From Rhodocyclaceae bacterium (lineage in GTDB: Bacteria > Pseudomonadota > Gammaproteobacteria > Burkholderiales > Rhodocyclaceae), in contig JAVBXY010000016.1 of NCBI GenBank assembly GCA_030824275.1, forward strand, positions 115,807-179,806: 64,000 bases of DNA, written 5' to 3'. Below, one piece after another: positions 45,205 through 56,472 of the stretch (positions within the stretch are counted from its first letter, which is position 1; every line of letters begins with the position of its first letter). Made by a program: the position numbers and the translations under genes. The notes below the pieces were generated by a model. That model ran no database searches, had not been told where the DNA came from, and worked only from the letters and a program-made list of their open reading frames with translations.

Positions 45205-46881
45205 CTAATCGCGGTTGCGCAGGAAGCGGCGTTGGATCTTGCCAGTGGTGGTCATCGGCAGGGCGTCGATGAATTCGATGATTTTAGGGTATTCGTAGGG
45301 AGCAAGATACTGCCGCACGTGCTGCTGGAGCGATGCCTCAAGTTCTGTCGACGGCTTTTGGCCCGGCTGGAGCACGATGAAGGCCTTGACCAGAGTGCCG
45401 CGCGCTTCGTCGGGCACGCCGACCACAGCGGCGTTGGCCACCGCCGGATGCTTGACCAGGCAGTTCTCGATTTCCCCCGGCCCGATGCGATAGCCGGCGC
45501 TTTTGAACATGTCGTCGTTGCGGCCCTGATACCAGAGCACGCCATCCTCGTCCTGCAAGGCCTGGTCGCCGGTACGGCCCCAGGCTTCGGGATCGTCTAT
45601 GCCATCGCCGAAGAACTTGTCGCGGGTCGCCTCCGGGTTCTTCCAGTAGCCGAGCATGAAGATCGGATCGAGACTGCCGTTGCAGCTACGTTTGACGCAG
45701 ACCTCGCCAACCTCGCCCACCGGCACCGGCTGGCCCTCGTCATCGAGCACGGTCACCTCATGCCCTGGATAGGGGCGGCCCATAGCGCCTGGCTTGGGCG
45801 CATAGGCGGCGCCGCAGCCGCCGACGACGTAGTTCATCTCGGTCTGGCCGAAAATTTCGTTGATGGTGACGCCGAGTTCCTCGCGAGCCCAGTTGAACAC
45901 TGTCTCGCCCACCGCCTCGCCGCCGCTCATGATGGTGCGCAGATCGATGTCGTGATTCTCCTTCGGCTTCGGCACCGCCTTCATCATCATCTTCAGCGCG
46001 GTGGGGAACAGGAAGGCGTTGCGGATACCGTATTTCTGGATCAGCCAGAAGGCCTTTTCGGGATCGAAGCGACCGCGGTAGCCAAGTATCGGCTGGCCGA
46101 AGTTCCAGGTCGGCAGCAGTGCGTCGAAAAGGCCGCCGGTCCAGGCCCAGTCGGCCGGTGACCAGAACATGTCGCCGCGCTGGGGGTAGAAATCATGGGA
46201 GCAGACGTAGCCGGTGAGATTGCCGATCAGCGTGCGCTGGGCCATCAGCGCGCCTTTGGGGTTGCCGGTGGTGCCACTGGTGTAGATGATCAGCGCCGGA
46301 TCATCGGCTCCGGTGTCGCGCGGCGTATAGCGGCTGGAGGCCAGGGGCAACAGCGCCGACCATTCGCGGGCCCAGGCCTCGCGACCATCAACGCAGATCA
46401 CGTGCCTGAGCAGGGGCAGGCGCTCGCGCACGGCGTCGAGCTTTTCGAGGCCAGCGGCATCGATGATCGCAACGCGGACCTCGGCATGATCGAGGCGGAA
46501 TTCCAGCGCATCGGCGCCGAACAGATGTGACACCGGCACCGCGATGGCGCCCATCTGGTAGCACGCCATGTGGGCGATGCCGGTTTCGGGGCGCTGGGGC
46601 AACATGATCGCGATGCGGTCACCGGCCATCACGCCCATGGCGCCGAGGACGTTGGAAAGACGGTTGGCGTCCTGCTGGATATCCCAGAAGGTCCAGGCCT
46701 CTTCGTGGCCGGCCTCGTCTTCGTAGTACAGGGCGAAACGCGTGCGGTCTGTGGCCCAGCGGCCGCAACAGGCCTGGGCGATGTTGTAGCGCGGCGGCAC
46801 TTGCCAGCGAAAGGGCAGGTGCAGGGACGCCCAGTCGCGCGCCGAGCTATCGAGATCGATATCGGCGACAGACCCATCCAT
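45205..46881 (-). CDS. AMP-dependent acyl-CoA synthetase/ligase
   Basis: AMP-binding motif IIYTSGTTGNPKGA, ..GYWK.. and ..TGD.. motifs, C-terminal PMTTTGKIQRR. Confidence 0.9.
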   Translation of the reverse strand: MDGSVADIDLDSSARDWASLHLPFRWQVPPRYNIAQACCGRWATDRTRFALYYEDEAGHEEAWTFWDIQQDANRLSNVLGAMGVMAGDRIAIMLPQRPETGIAHMACYQMGAIAVPVSHLFGADALEFRLDHAEVRVAIIDAAGLEKLDAVRERLPLLRHVICVDGREAWAREWSALLPLASSRYTPRDTGADDPALIIYTSGTTGNPKGALMAQRTLIGNLTGYVCSHDFYPQRGDMFWSPADWAWTGGLFDALLPTWNFGQPILGYRGRFDPEKAFWLIQKYGIRNAFLFPTALKMMMKAVPKPKENHDIDLRTIMSGGEAVGETVFNWAREELGVTINEIFGQTEMNYVVGGCGAAYAPKPGAMGRPYPGHEVTVLDDEGQPVPVGEVGEVCVKRSCNGSLDPIFMLGYWKNPEATRDKFFGDGIDDPEAWGRTGDQALQDEDGVLWYQGRNDDMFKSAGYRIGPGEIENCLVKHPAVANAAVVGVPDEARGTLVKAFIVLQPGQKPSTELEASLQQHVRQYLAPYEYPKIIEFIDALPMTTTGKIQRRFLRNRD

Positions 46882-47729
46882 CAGCGATGGGCCTCGTGGA
46901 AGCGGTGGGAAATTTCCTCGAAGTAGTTTTCCACCTCATCGCCGGCGAGGCCCAGCTCTTCTTCCACCTGATGGCCGATGGTGCTCCACAGCGGATTGGT
47001 CTGTTCGTTGATGCGATGGTAGTAGTGGATCGCGAGTTGCAGAATGGCGACCAGGGAAGTGGCGGCACCGAGTTCCTCGGTGGGCAGCTCGTGGTGGTAG
47101 CGGATCGCGGCGCAGACGAAATCGGGCAGACCCCAATGCCGGGCTACGAGATAGCCGACGCTGCAATGGTCAACGTTGAAGCGCCGATCCTCCTCGGCCA
47201 GATTGGGCCAGCAACTGACATTCTCGAGACGCAATGCCTTGCAGTAGTCGGGAAAGCGCATCATCAGCACGGGCACACCGCACTCGTGGAAGATGCCGGC
47301 CATGTAGGCCTGGTCGGGAAAGACGTTGCAGGTAGACACCTTGTCGCCGGCGATGATCGCCGCGATCTGGGCCACTTCGCCAGCCCGTGTCCAGAACACC
47401 TCGAAGGCCGCCCGCGTGCCATCGCTCAGGGCCGTCGACAAGGCCACGGCCTGGACCAGGTTGCAGGTTTGCTTGATGCCGATGACGGCCAGCACCTGAT
47501 CGATGGTTTCCAGCTTGCGGCCCCGCGAAAACAGGGGCGAGCGCGCTGCCTTGAACAGCAGGGCGACTACACCCGGGTCCTGCGAAATGATGCGACCGAT
47601 GGTGCGCATGTCGTAGTCGTCACTGGCGATGGCGGCATTGAGCTCCACCATCACGCGCGGCTGCGGCGGAATGCGGATTCCCTTGCCGGCGAGCTCGTCG
47701 AGCGCCTGTTTTTCTTTGGCCTGCTGCAT
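46881..47729 (-). CDS. HDOD-domain signalling protein
   Basis: PPQPRVMVELNAAIASDDYDMRTIGRIISQDPGVVALLFKAARSPLF..VLAVIG, typical of HDOD. 1-nt overlap with the next gene. Confidence 0.8.
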   Translation of the reverse strand: MQQAKEKQALDELAGKGIRIPPQPRVMVELNAAIASDDYDMRTIGRIISQDPGVVALLFKAARSPLFSRGRKLETIDQVLAVIGIKQTCNLVQAVALSTALSDGTRAAFEVFWTRAGEVAQIAAIIAGDKVSTCNVFPDQAYMAGIFHECGVPVLMMRFPDYCKALRLENVSCWPNLAEEDRRFNVDHCSVGYLVARHWGLPDFVCAAIRYHHELPTEELGAATSLVAILQLAIHYYHRINEQTNPLWSTIGHQVEEELGLAGDEVENYFEEISHRFHEAHR

Positions 47730-47744
47730 GATTCTCCCTTGGAT

Positions 47745-48989
47745 CTATCCCGCAGCAAGGCGGGCATCGACCAATTCTATCCAGTGTTTCACCGCATGCC
47801 GTGTGCCAGCCGACAGATGGCCAATACATCCGACGTTCGCGCTGGCAATGGCAGTGGCGCCACCGGCCGTCAGCGCAGCGATCTTGTTGTCGCGCAGGCG
47901 GGTCGAGATTTCCGGCTGCAATATCGAGTAGGTTCCGGCCGAGCCGCAGCACAGGTGGCTGTCGGCCACCGGCGTCAGGCGATAGCCGGCGGCAGTAAGC
48001 AAGGCTTCGACGGAGCCGCGGATCTGTTGCCCATGCTGGAGCGTGCAGGGGCTATGGAAGGCCAGCGCGCGTTCGGCCTCGGGCAGGGGCGGACAATCCG
48101 CCAGCAACAGCGACAGGCGTACCGTCTCGGCGGCGATGACCTCGCTGACGTCGCGGGCGAGCAGTGCCACGCGGGCAGCCTTGTGGGCGTAGTCCGGATC
48201 GTCCTGCAACAGATGGGCGTAGTCCTTGACCTGCACGCCGCAACCGGACGCAGTAACGACGATGGCCTCGGCACCGGATTCAAGCAGGGGCCACCAGGCG
48301 TCGATATTGCGACGGGCATCGTCGCGGGCGGCCTCTGCCTTGTTGAGGTGAAAGCGCACGGCGCCGCAACAACCTTGCCCCGCCGGCTCGATCATATCGA
48401 TGCCGAGGCGGTCGAGAACGCGCCGGGTGGCACCGTTGATGTTCGGGTACATGGAAGGCTGGGCGCAACCGGCCAGGGCGATCATTTTCCGCGCGTGTCC
48501 GCCGCGCGGCGTCACACCTGCCGAACTCAGCGGCGGCACCTTGGCCTTGAGCACCGGCGGCAGAGCCAGGCGCACCATCTGGCCCAGCTTCATCGCCGTG
48601 CCGAACAAACCAGCACGGGGCAGCAGGGCTTTCAGCGTGGTGCGCAGCGCGGCATCCACTCCCTTGCGCGGCACGCGGCGCTCGACCACCTCGCGGCCAA
48701 TGTCGAGCAGACGGGAGTAATGCACGCCCGATGGGCAGGTAGACTCGCAGGAGCGGCAGGTCAGGCAGCGATCCAGATGCAGGCGTGTCTTCTCGGTCGG
48801 CTCGGCGCCTTCGAGCACCTGCTTGATCAGGTAGATGCGGCCGCGCGGCCCATCCAGTTCGTCGCCGAGCAGTTGGTAGGTGGGACAGGTGGCGGTGCAG
48901 AATCCGCAATGCACGCAGCGGCGCAGGATTTCCTCGGCTTCGCGGCCGGCGGTGGTGTCACGGATGAAGTCGGCGAGATGGGTTTCCAT
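47745..48989 (-). CDS. glcF: glycolate oxidase iron-sulfur subunit
   Basis: Two ferredoxin-type clusters (CVHCGFCTATCPTY, CLTCRSCESTCPSG) plus CCG domains. Confidence 0.9.
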   Translation of the reverse strand: METHLADFIRDTTAGREAEEILRRCVHCGFCTATCPTYQLLGDELDGPRGRIYLIKQVLEGAEPTEKTRLHLDRCLTCRSCESTCPSGVHYSRLLDIGREVVERRVPRKGVDAALRTTLKALLPRAGLFGTAMKLGQMVRLALPPVLKAKVPPLSSAGVTPRGGHARKMIALAGCAQPSMYPNINGATRRVLDRLGIDMIEPAGQGCCGAVRFHLNKAEAARDDARRNIDAWWPLLESGAEAIVVTASGCGVQVKDYAHLLQDDPDYAHKAARVALLARDVSEVIAAETVRLSLLLADCPPLPEAERALAFHSPCTLQHGQQIRGSVEALLTAAGYRLTPVADSHLCCGSAGTYSILQPEISTRLRDNKIAALTAGGATAIASANVGCIGHLSAGTRHAVKHWIELVDARLAAG

Positions 48990-50035
48990 CAGAACTCCGG
49001 GTAAAGACGGCCGGGATTGAAGACGCCGTAGGGATCGAAACCCTGTTTCAGGCGGCGATGAATTTCCATCACGGGCGTGGGCAACGTACCGAAGACGCCT
49101 GCGGCGCGCTGTTCCTGGCTGGCACCGCGAAACGCCGTCACACCAGCGCCGACTTTTTCGCGCAGCGTCGTCGCATCGAACTCACCGCGCAGCCAGCGCT
49201 GGGCGCCGCCCCATTCGATGAGTTGCGGACCGGGCAAATCCAGTGACGGCGTGACGGAGGGCAGGGACAGGCGCCACAGGGGAGCATTGTCACTTGGGCC
49301 GGCGAAGAAGTCGGCACTTTGTTCCCGCAGCGAAGTCCAAAACGCCTCGGCGTCTTCCACGCGCTCGCCACCCAACTTGACGCAGGCCGAGTCGACGGCA
49401 GCACGGGCGCCCGCCAGTTGCAGGCTCAGCACGCCGTCCTGCCAGCAGGTGGCGGCCACCGGCAGCGGCTGGCCGGCCCAGCGGTTCATGGCCTCCAGCG
49501 CCTTGTCCTGCGGCAGTTCGAAACGCAGCGTAGCCTCGGCCACCGGCAGCGGCAGCACCTTGAGCGAAACCTCGAGGATCAACCCCAGGGTGCCAAGGCT
49601 GCCGGCCATCAGACGCGAGACATCGAAGCCGGCGACGTTCTTCATCACTTCGCCGCCGAACTTGAGCACGCGGCCTTCGCCGTCCATGATCTGCACGCCC
49701 AGCACGTAGTCGCGCAGGCTGCCGACCGCCGCCCGGCGCGGGCCGGAGAGGCCGGCGGCAACAGCACCACCGATGGTTGCATTGCCAAAGACCGGCGGCT
49801 CGAAGGGCAGGAACTGTCGCCGTGCCGCCAGCGCCGACTTTATTTCCTCCACGGGCGTGCCGCAGCGGGCGGTGACCACCAGCTCCGTCGGCTCGTAGCT
49901 GACGATGCCGGCATGAGCCCGCGCATCGAGAAACTCGCCGACCAAAGGCCCGCCGTAAAAATCCTTGCTGCCGCCGCCACGAATGCGCAGGGGCTTGCGT
50001 TCGAGGATGCGCGATCGGAACTGGTCGATCATCAC
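48989..50035 (-). CDS. glcE: glycolate oxidase FAD-binding subunit
   Basis: PCMH-type FAD-binding domain. Positioned between glcD and glcF with overlapping stop/start codons. Confidence 0.9.
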   Translation of the reverse strand: MMIDQFRSRILERKPLRIRGGGSKDFYGGPLVGEFLDARAHAGIVSYEPTELVVTARCGTPVEEIKSALAARRQFLPFEPPVFGNATIGGAVAAGLSGPRRAAVGSLRDYVLGVQIMDGEGRVLKFGGEVMKNVAGFDVSRLMAGSLGTLGLILEVSLKVLPLPVAEATLRFELPQDKALEAMNRWAGQPLPVAATCWQDGVLSLQLAGARAAVDSACVKLGGERVEDAEAFWTSLREQSADFFAGPSDNAPLWRLSLPSVTPSLDLPGPQLIEWGGAQRWLRGEFDATTLREKVGAGVTAFRGASQEQRAAGVFGTLPTPVMEIHRRLKQGFDPYGVFNPGRLYPEF

Positions 50036-51528
50036 AGGCGCTCCAGTTCGGGGAATTTGATCTGGCCACCATGCACGTGCATGCGGCCGAACTCGGCACA
50101 GCGGTGCAGGGTCGGGATGGCCTTTTCCGGGTTGAGCAGGCCGCCCGGATCGAAGGCCCGCTTGACGGCGTGGAAGGCGCGCAGTTCATCGCTGGCGAAC
50201 TGGTCGCACATGGAATTGATCTTTTCGAAGCCGACGCCGTGTTCGCCCGTGATGGTGCCGCCGAGGTCCACCGACAGCTTGAGGATCTCGGCGCCGAAGG
50301 CTTCGGTTCGCTCCAGTTCGCCCTCGATATTGGCGTCGTAGAGGATCAGCGGATGCAGGTTGCCGTCGCCGGCATGGAAGACGTTGATGCAGCGCAGGCC
50401 GTACTTCTTTTCCATCTGCGTGATGGCAGTCAGCATCTCGCCCAGGCGCTTTCTCGGGATGGTGCCGTCCATGCAGTAGTAGTCGGCGGAGATGCGGCCG
50501 GCAGCGGGGAAGGCGGCCTTGCGCCCGGCCCAGAAACGCAGGCGCTCGGCCTCTGAAGTGGACACGCGAATCTCGGTCGCGCCGCTACCTTCGAGCACGG
50601 CGCGCATGGCGGCGATTTCTTCCGCCACTTCTTCCGCCGTGCCGTCGGATTCACAGAGCAGGATGGCTTCCGCGTTCAAGTCATAGCCAGCCTTGACGTA
50701 GGGTTCGACGGCGGCAGTGGCGGGCTTGTCCATCATCTCCAGGCCGGCCGGGATGATGCCGGCCGCGATCACAGCCGCAACGGCCTCGCCGGCCTTCATC
50801 ACGTCGTCGAAGCTGGCCATGATTACCTGCGCCAGCTCGGGCTTGGGCACCAGCTTGACGGTGACTTCCGTGGTCACCGCGAGCAGGCCCTCGGAACCGA
50901 TAAGCAGGGCCAGCAGATCGTAGCCGGGCGCATCGAGACCATGATTGCCGAACTCGACGACCTCGCCATCGATGGTGACGGCGCGCACGCGCAGCACGTT
51001 GTGCACCGTCAGGCCGTACTTGAGGCAATGCACGCCGCCGGAATTTTCGGCGACGTTGCCGCCGATGGTGCAGGCGATCTGCGAACTCGGGTCCGGCGCG
51101 TAATAAAGGCCGAAGGGCGCGGCGGCTTCCGAGATGGCCAGGTTGCGCACGCCAGGCTGGACCACGGCGACGCGGGCCACCGGGTCCACATGCAGGATGC
51201 GCTTCATCTTCGCCAGGCTAAGCACCACGCCCTGCGGATGCGGCAAGGCACCGGCGGAAAGGCCGGTGCCGGCACCCCGCGCCACCACCGGTACGCCAGC
51301 GGTGCGGCAGGCCTTGATCACCGCCACCACCTGCGCCTCGGTCTCCGGCAGGGCCACGGCCAGCGGCAGCTGGCGATAGGCGGAAAGGCCGTCGCACTCG
51401 TAGGGCTTGAGGTCTTCGGCTTCGTGGAGCAAGGCGGTCGCCGGCAGGAGGCGGCCCAGATCCGCCAGCAGCGCAGCGCGATCGACGTTGGAAAAATCCT
51501 GCGCCACGTCGGCGGAATGTTCTCTCAT
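50032..51528 (-). CDS. glcD: glycolate oxidase subunit GlcD
   Basis: 498 aa with FAD-binding PCMH and FAD-linked oxidase C-terminal domains (VVARGAGTGLSAGALP; ..ITGEHGVG..). Confidence 0.95.
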   Translation of the reverse strand: MREHSADVAQDFSNVDRAALLADLGRLLPATALLHEAEDLKPYECDGLSAYRQLPLAVALPETEAQVVAVIKACRTAGVPVVARGAGTGLSAGALPHPQGVVLSLAKMKRILHVDPVARVAVVQPGVRNLAISEAAAPFGLYYAPDPSSQIACTIGGNVAENSGGVHCLKYGLTVHNVLRVRAVTIDGEVVEFGNHGLDAPGYDLLALLIGSEGLLAVTTEVTVKLVPKPELAQVIMASFDDVMKAGEAVAAVIAAGIIPAGLEMMDKPATAAVEPYVKAGYDLNAEAILLCESDGTAEEVAEEIAAMRAVLEGSGATEIRVSTSEAERLRFWAGRKAAFPAAGRISADYYCMDGTIPRKRLGEMLTAITQMEKKYGLRCINVFHAGDGNLHPLILYDANIEGELERTEAFGAEILKLSVDLGGTITGEHGVGFEKINSMCDQFASDELRAFHAVKRAFDPGGLLNPEKAIPTLHRCAEFGRMHVHGGQIKFPELERL

Positions 51529-51530
51529 GA

Positions 51531-52829
51531 TCAGCCTCGACCTTCGATCAGGATGGCGCGGAAATCGTTGACGTTGGTGCGCGTCGGACCGGTGATCACC
51601 AGGTCGTCGATGGCCGCGAAAAGGGAATAGGCGTCATTGTCGCCGAGATGGGCCCGCGAATCGAGCCCGGCTTTTGCCGCCCGCGCCAGCGTGTCCGGCA
51701 GGACGAAGGCGCCGGCATTGTCCTCGGAGCCGTCGATACCGTCCGTGTCGCCGGCCAGGGCATGGATGCGCGGATGGCCGTCCAGCGCCAGGGCCAGGCC
51801 GAGAAGGAATTCGGCATTGCGGCCGCCGCGTCCCTTGCCCTTCACCGTCACCGTGGTTTCACCGCCGGAAATCAGAACACAGGGCCCGGCCAGCGGCACG
51901 CCGGCCTCGGCACAGGAGAGCGCGATGCCGCCGAGCACACGGGCCGTCTCGCGGGCTTCGCCTTCGATGGCGTCGCCCAGCACCAGCGGAGTGAAGCCGC
52001 GCGCACGCGCCACCTCGGCCGCCGCTGCCAGTGCGCCCTGGGCTGTGGCGATAACGCGAGCCTCGCAGCACTGAAAGCGGGCATTAGTCGGTTTCGGCGT
52101 TTCGGCCGCGCCGGATACCAGGGCGAGGCGAGCGGCCTCGGGCAATTCGACGCCATGCCGGTCGATGATGGCAAGCGCATCGGCGCAGGTGGTCGGATCG
52201 GCCACGGTGGGACCGGAGGCGATGGTGGACAGATCGTCGCCGGGCACATCGGAAATTGCCAGGGTCAGTACGCGGGCCGGCGCGGCGGCAATCGCAAGCC
52301 GGCCGCCCTTGATGGCGGACAGATGCTTGCGCACGCAATTGATCTCGCCGATGCCGGCACCGCAGGCCAGCAGTTTTTTCGTCACGGCGCGCTTCTCGTC
52401 CAGCGTGATGCCGGCCATGGGTGCCGCCAGCAGGGCCGAGCCGCCGCCGGAAATCAGCACCAGCACGAGGTCGTCTGCGCTCAATCCACTCACCGCATCG
52501 AGCATGCGCGCGGCGGCGCGTTCGCCGGCTGCATCGGGCATCGGATGGGAGGCCTCGATCACCTCGATGCACCTTGTCGGCAGACCATGAGCGTAGCGGG
52601 TGACGACCAGACCAGAGAGCGTTGCCGGATCGCCGCGCCAATGCGCCTCGACCGCCTTCGCCATGGCGGCGGCCGCCTTGCCGGCACCGATGACGATGGT
52701 GCGACCAACGGGGGGCGCGGGCAGATGCGGCGGTACGCAACGGGCCGGATCGGCAGCGGCGACTGCCGCGTCGAAGAGTTCACGCAGCAGGGCTCGCTGC
52801 GCTGGGAAGCTGGCCCCTTCAGCCGGCAT
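51531..52829 (-). CDS. MOFRL-family glycerate 2-kinase / hydroxypyruvate reductase-like protein
   Basis: [22 protein letters not shown] motif. The ATG at 52829 (MPAEGASFP) overlaps the upstream MCP gene end by 11 nt. Confidence 0.85.
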   Translation of the reverse strand: MPAEGASFPAQRALLRELFDAAVAAADPARCVPPHLPAPPVGRTIVIGAGKAAAAMAKAVEAHWRGDPATLSGLVVTRYAHGLPTRCIEVIEASHPMPDAAGERAAARMLDAVSGLSADDLVLVLISGGGSALLAAPMAGITLDEKRAVTKKLLACGAGIGEINCVRKHLSAIKGGRLAIAAAPARVLTLAISDVPGDDLSTIASGPTVADPTTCADALAIIDRHGVELPEAARLALVSGAAETPKPTNARFQCCEARVIATAQGALAAAAEVARARGFTPLVLGDAIEGEARETARVLGGIALSCAEAGVPLAGPCVLISGGETTVTVKGKGRGGRNAEFLLGLALALDGHPRIHALAGDTDGIDGSEDNAGAFVLPDTLARAAKAGLDSRAHLGDNDAYSLFAAIDDLVITGPTRTNVNDFRAILIEGRG

Positions 52830-54465
52830 AGGTGGGCGCCTTGTTGTAGAAGGCGAAGACGTCGGCGATGCGCTGGCGCTGCACGCCATTGGGATCACGG
52901 AACTCGACGCCGCAGACGTTGCGGCCGTTCTCCTGCCGCTGCCAGCGCACCATCGCCGTCAGCGGAATCGGCGTCTGGTCCATATAGCGATCCAGGGAGT
53001 CGGCCGGCAACTGGATCGACAGGTTCACCGACTCGCCTTCGCGCAGGCTGCGCGGTACCACCAGGCGCATGCCGGAAAGGGAAAGATCGGCGGCCAGGGC
53101 CTCGGCGCGCACGGGCGGATTGCCATCCTGATTCACCATCACCAGCATGGCCCGGTCCAGGCGCGGGTCGCGGCGTTTGTTGCCAGAAGTCTTGTTCTCG
53201 CGCTCCAGCTCGCGCTGGAAGTTGAACCCGGCCATGACCTCGTTGAGCTTTTCCGTGACGCGGTGCAGATCGTTGCCGATGGCCGCCGTGATCTCCACCT
53301 TGGTGGAACTTTCGTTGAGGGTGGCGAAGAGTCGCTCCAGCGTTCCCTCCAGGTGCGAGAGCTGATCCATCTGGCGACGACTGGCCTCGACGATGGCCTC
53401 GTTGCCGCGCGCGGCACCGGACACTCCGTCGGCCATGGCCGCCATTACATCCGCCGTTTCCTTCGCCGCCACCTGGTTGCCATGCACGCGCTCGACCACC
53501 ACGGCCATGGTCCCGCTCAACTGGCCGACGCGGCCGGTGATGGCGGAGACGATGCCGGTGACTTCCGCTGCCGACAGAGTAGTGCGCTCGGCCAGCTTGC
53601 GCACCTCGTCGGCAACGACTGCGAAGCCCCGGCCCTGCTCGCCGGCGCGGGCAGCCTCGATGGCGGCATTGAGCGCCAGCAGATTGGTCTGATTGGCGAT
53701 TTCCTTGATGGTGTCGATGATGCGGGTGATTGCCTCGGCCGAGGTGGACAATTCGCCGACCTCGCCGGAGACGCGATTCACTTCGTCGACCGTGGCTTCC
53801 ATCTCGGCGATGTTGCGCTGGACGGCAGTGACGCCGGCCGCACCCTGGGCCTGCACCTCACGGGTCAGTGCGGCGGCGGAACTGGCCTGTTCCTCGACGT
53901 TGCGCGCCACCTGGGTCAGCGCCTGGGCCTCGGCCACCACTTCGGCGGAACGGGTCTCTTCCTGACGACTGACCTCGGAAATCTCGCGGGCGATGGTGGC
54001 AATCTGGAAGGCCGACTGGCCCATCTGCTTGCCACTGTCATCCACGTTGCCGAGGATGCCAGAGAGCTTGCCGATGACGTCGTTGAAAATGCGCTGGAGC
54101 ACGCCGATCTCGTCGTGGGCGGTGACTTTCACGCCGCGCGTGAGATCGCCCTTCTCCACCGCCTTGAGGGCTTCGCACAACTCCAGGATGGGCTTGAGGA
54201 AGAGCTTGGCAACGAAGCCGATGAGCATGAACTGGAGGACGAACTCGACGCCGGATTCCCAGGTCGAATTGAAGTGGTAGGCCGAGCGGTTGGCGACCAT
54301 CGCCGCCACCACGGCATCGGGGGCACCGCCGGCGCGAGCGATATCCACCATTTTCCCCAGCTCCCAGGAAGCCAGCATGCGGTTGTAGATGGTGGTCACC
54401 GTGGTGACGACAAAAAAACCGATCTGGAATTTCCAGCGGATGCTCAGATTGATGAACCAGTTCAT
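52819..54465 (-). CDS. methyl-accepting chemotaxis protein with C-terminal PilZ domain
   Basis: ATG at 54465 (MNWFINL). TM pair with a short loop, HAMP, MA hairpin ([40 protein letters not shown]), then the PilZ motifs RRDPR (RxxxR) and DLSLSG (DxSxxG). Confidence 0.85.
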   Translation of the reverse strand: MNWFINLSIRWKFQIGFFVVTTVTTIYNRMLASWELGKMVDIARAGGAPDAVVAAMVANRSAYHFNSTWESGVEFVLQFMLIGFVAKLFLKPILELCEALKAVEKGDLTRGVKVTAHDEIGVLQRIFNDVIGKLSGILGNVDDSGKQMGQSAFQIATIAREISEVSRQEETRSAEVVAEAQALTQVARNVEEQASSAAALTREVQAQGAAGVTAVQRNIAEMEATVDEVNRVSGEVGELSTSAEAITRIIDTIKEIANQTNLLALNAAIEAARAGEQGRGFAVVADEVRKLAERTTLSAAEVTGIVSAITGRVGQLSGTMAVVVERVHGNQVAAKETADVMAAMADGVSGAARGNEAIVEASRRQMDQLSHLEGTLERLFATLNESSTKVEITAAIGNDLHRVTEKLNEVMAGFNFQRELERENKTSGNKRRDPRLDRAMLVMVNQDGNPPVRAEALAADLSLSGMRLVVPRSLREGESVNLSIQLPADSLDRYMDQTPIPLTAMVRWQRQENGRNVCGVEFRDPNGVQRQRIADVFAFYNKAPTYAG

Positions 54466-54472
54466 GTATGCC

Positions 54473-55270
54473 TCAGGAAGTTTGTGCGTGAGGGAGCAGC
54501 CAAGCAAAACTGTCTTCGCTGCGCCCGCCGGGTTTGTACTCGGCGCCCACCCAGCCTGCATAGCCGAGGCTGGCGAGATGGCGGAACAGGAAGGGGAAAT
54601 TGATCTCGCCGGTACCCGGCTCGTGGCGGCCCGGATTGTCAGCGAACTGGATGTGGCCGATACGCGGCAGGTGTGTCGCCAGCGTATTCGCTAGGTCGCC
54701 TTCCATGACCTGGGCGTGGTAGATGTCGTACTGGAGGCGCAGGTTGTCGCTGCCCGTGGCATCGATCAGGGCCAGCGCATCGCGGGTAGTGGCGACCAGG
54801 AAGCCTGGTGTGTCACGGGTATTCAGCGGCTCCAGCACCAGTTCGATGCCGGCACGCTTGAGCACGGCGGCGGCGAAGCGCAGATTTTCCACCAGGGTTT
54901 CCTGCGCCCGTTCCCGCGTCACACAGGCAGGCGGAATACCGGCGAGGCAATTGAGACGGCAGCAGCCGAGCAGCCGCGCATAGTCGATGGCCAGGCCAAC
55001 ACCGTCCTGAAACTCGGCGATTCGATTCGGATGGCAGGCAATGCCCCGCTCCCCCGCCGCCCAGTTGCCGGCCGGCAGGTTGAACAGCACGACTTCCAGC
55101 CCGGAAGTGAGCACCACCTCGGCCAGCGCGGCGCGATCAATGTCATAGGGAAAGTGGAATTCGACACCGGCAAACCCGGCGGCCCGTGCGGCGGCGAAGC
55201 GTTCCAGAAAAGGACGCTCGGTAAACAGGAAGGAAAGATTGGCCGAGAAGCGCAAGGACGGGGAGGGCAT
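54473..55270 (-). CDS. hyi: hydroxypyruvate isomerase
   Basis: The ATG at 55270 gives [38 protein letters not shown]. Xylose-isomerase-like TIM barrel. Confidence 0.9.
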   Translation of the reverse strand: MPSPSLRFSANLSFLFTERPFLERFAAARAAGFAGVEFHFPYDIDRAALAEVVLTSGLEVVLFNLPAGNWAAGERGIACHPNRIAEFQDGVGLAIDYARLLGCCRLNCLAGIPPACVTRERAQETLVENLRFAAAVLKRAGIELVLEPLNTRDTPGFLVATTRDALALIDATGSDNLRLQYDIYHAQVMEGDLANTLATHLPRIGHIQFADNPGRHEPGTGEINFPFLFRHLASLGYAGWVGAEYKPGGRSEDSFAWLLPHAQTS

Positions 55271-55329
55271 CCGGTGATTATGCTGAAAAATTGGCGGGGC
55301 CGCAGGGATGAGCCTATTACAATCGACCG

Positions 55330-56472
55330 ATGCTCGATTCCCCCTTAGTCTCCTGGCAGGAAAGCGGCGCCGAACATACGGCCCTCTGGCGTTCGGAAAA
55401 CGGCACGCCGCCGCCCCAGCGCATCCTCGTCGCCGACGACACGCTCGCCGCCGATGCCGCCCACAAGCTGACCAGCGAAGGCACGGCACTGCTGTGGCGC
55501 GGCGATTTCCAGAATGCCCGCCAACTAATGCAGGCCATGGCGCGGCGCATCGACCGCAAGCCGAAGAAGTCGCCAGACCAGGCCACGCCCGCCGACCTGT
55601 TCCATCGTCATCGCCAGGCCCAGGCCCAGCGCGCGCGCATCCTCGGCATGCTGCTGATCCCGGTTGAAGGGGACTATCGCATCCCCCTGCGCCGCGCGCC
55701 CGACATCGCCACCGCCTGCGCGGAAGTCGGCATACCGGCCACGGAGCGTTTCGTGCTCTCCCTGCGCGAATTGCAGGGACTTATCGGCGCCCACGAATGG
55801 CGCAAGAAGGGCGTCGCCATCCCGGTGCTGGGCGAACGCATTCATCCCCACTACGGCGTCTTCTCGCCGGTGCGCGGTGAATACGTGGATCTGGTGGCGA
55901 GGGCGCCCTTGCCTGCAACCGGGCTAGCCTTCGACATCGGCACCGGCACCGGCGTGCTGGCCGCCGTGCTCGCCCGTCGCGGCGTGACGCGAGTCGTCGC
56001 GACCGACCAGGACACAAGGGCGCTGGCCTGTGCCCGCGACAATCTTCAGCGGCTCGGTCTCGCGAGTAGCGTCGAGCTGATCCAGGCCGACCTGTTTCCG
56101 CCGGGCCGCGCGCCGCTGATTGTCTGCAATCCGCCCTGGGTGCCGGCCCGCGCCAATTCGCCGGTCGAGCACGCCGTCTATGATCCCGACAGCCGCATGC
56201 TGCGCGGCTTTCTCGCCGGACTCGCGGAACATCTGGCGCCCGGTGGTGAGGGCTGGCTGATCCTCTCCGACCTCGCCGAGCATCTGGGACTGCGCAGCCG
56301 CGAGACATTGCTCGGTCTCATAAACAAGTCCGGGTTGCACGTCATTGGCCGCCTTGATGCCAAGCCACGCCACCCGAAGGCAGCAGACGCCAGCGATCCG
56401 CTCCACGCGGCACGGGCGGCGGAAGTGACCTCCCTGTGGCGGCTGGGTGTCGGGAGTTCGCCGACTCAGTAG
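55330..56472 (+). CDS. class I SAM-dependent methyltransferase (NPPW type)
   Basis: Motif I DIGTGTGVLAAVLA and motif IV VCNPPW in the C-terminal half. The N-terminal ~190 aa are unassigned. Confidence 0.75.
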   Translation: MLDSPLVSWQESGAEHTALWRSENGTPPPQRILVADDTLAADAAHKLTSEGTALLWRGDFQNARQLMQAMARRIDRKPKKSPDQATPADLFHRHRQAQAQRARILGMLLIPVEGDYRIPLRRAPDIATACAEVGIPATERFVLSLRELQGLIGAHEWRKKGVAIPVLGERIHPHYGVFSPVRGEYVDLVARAPLPATGLAFDIGTGTGVLAAVLARRGVTRVVATDQDTRALACARDNLQRLGLASSVELIQADLFPPGRAPLIVCNPPWVPARANSPVEHAVYDPDSRMLRGFLAGLAEHLAPGGEGWLILSDLAEHLGLRSRETLLGLINKSGLHVIGRLDAKPRHPKAADASDPLHAARAAEVTSLWRLGVGSSPTQ

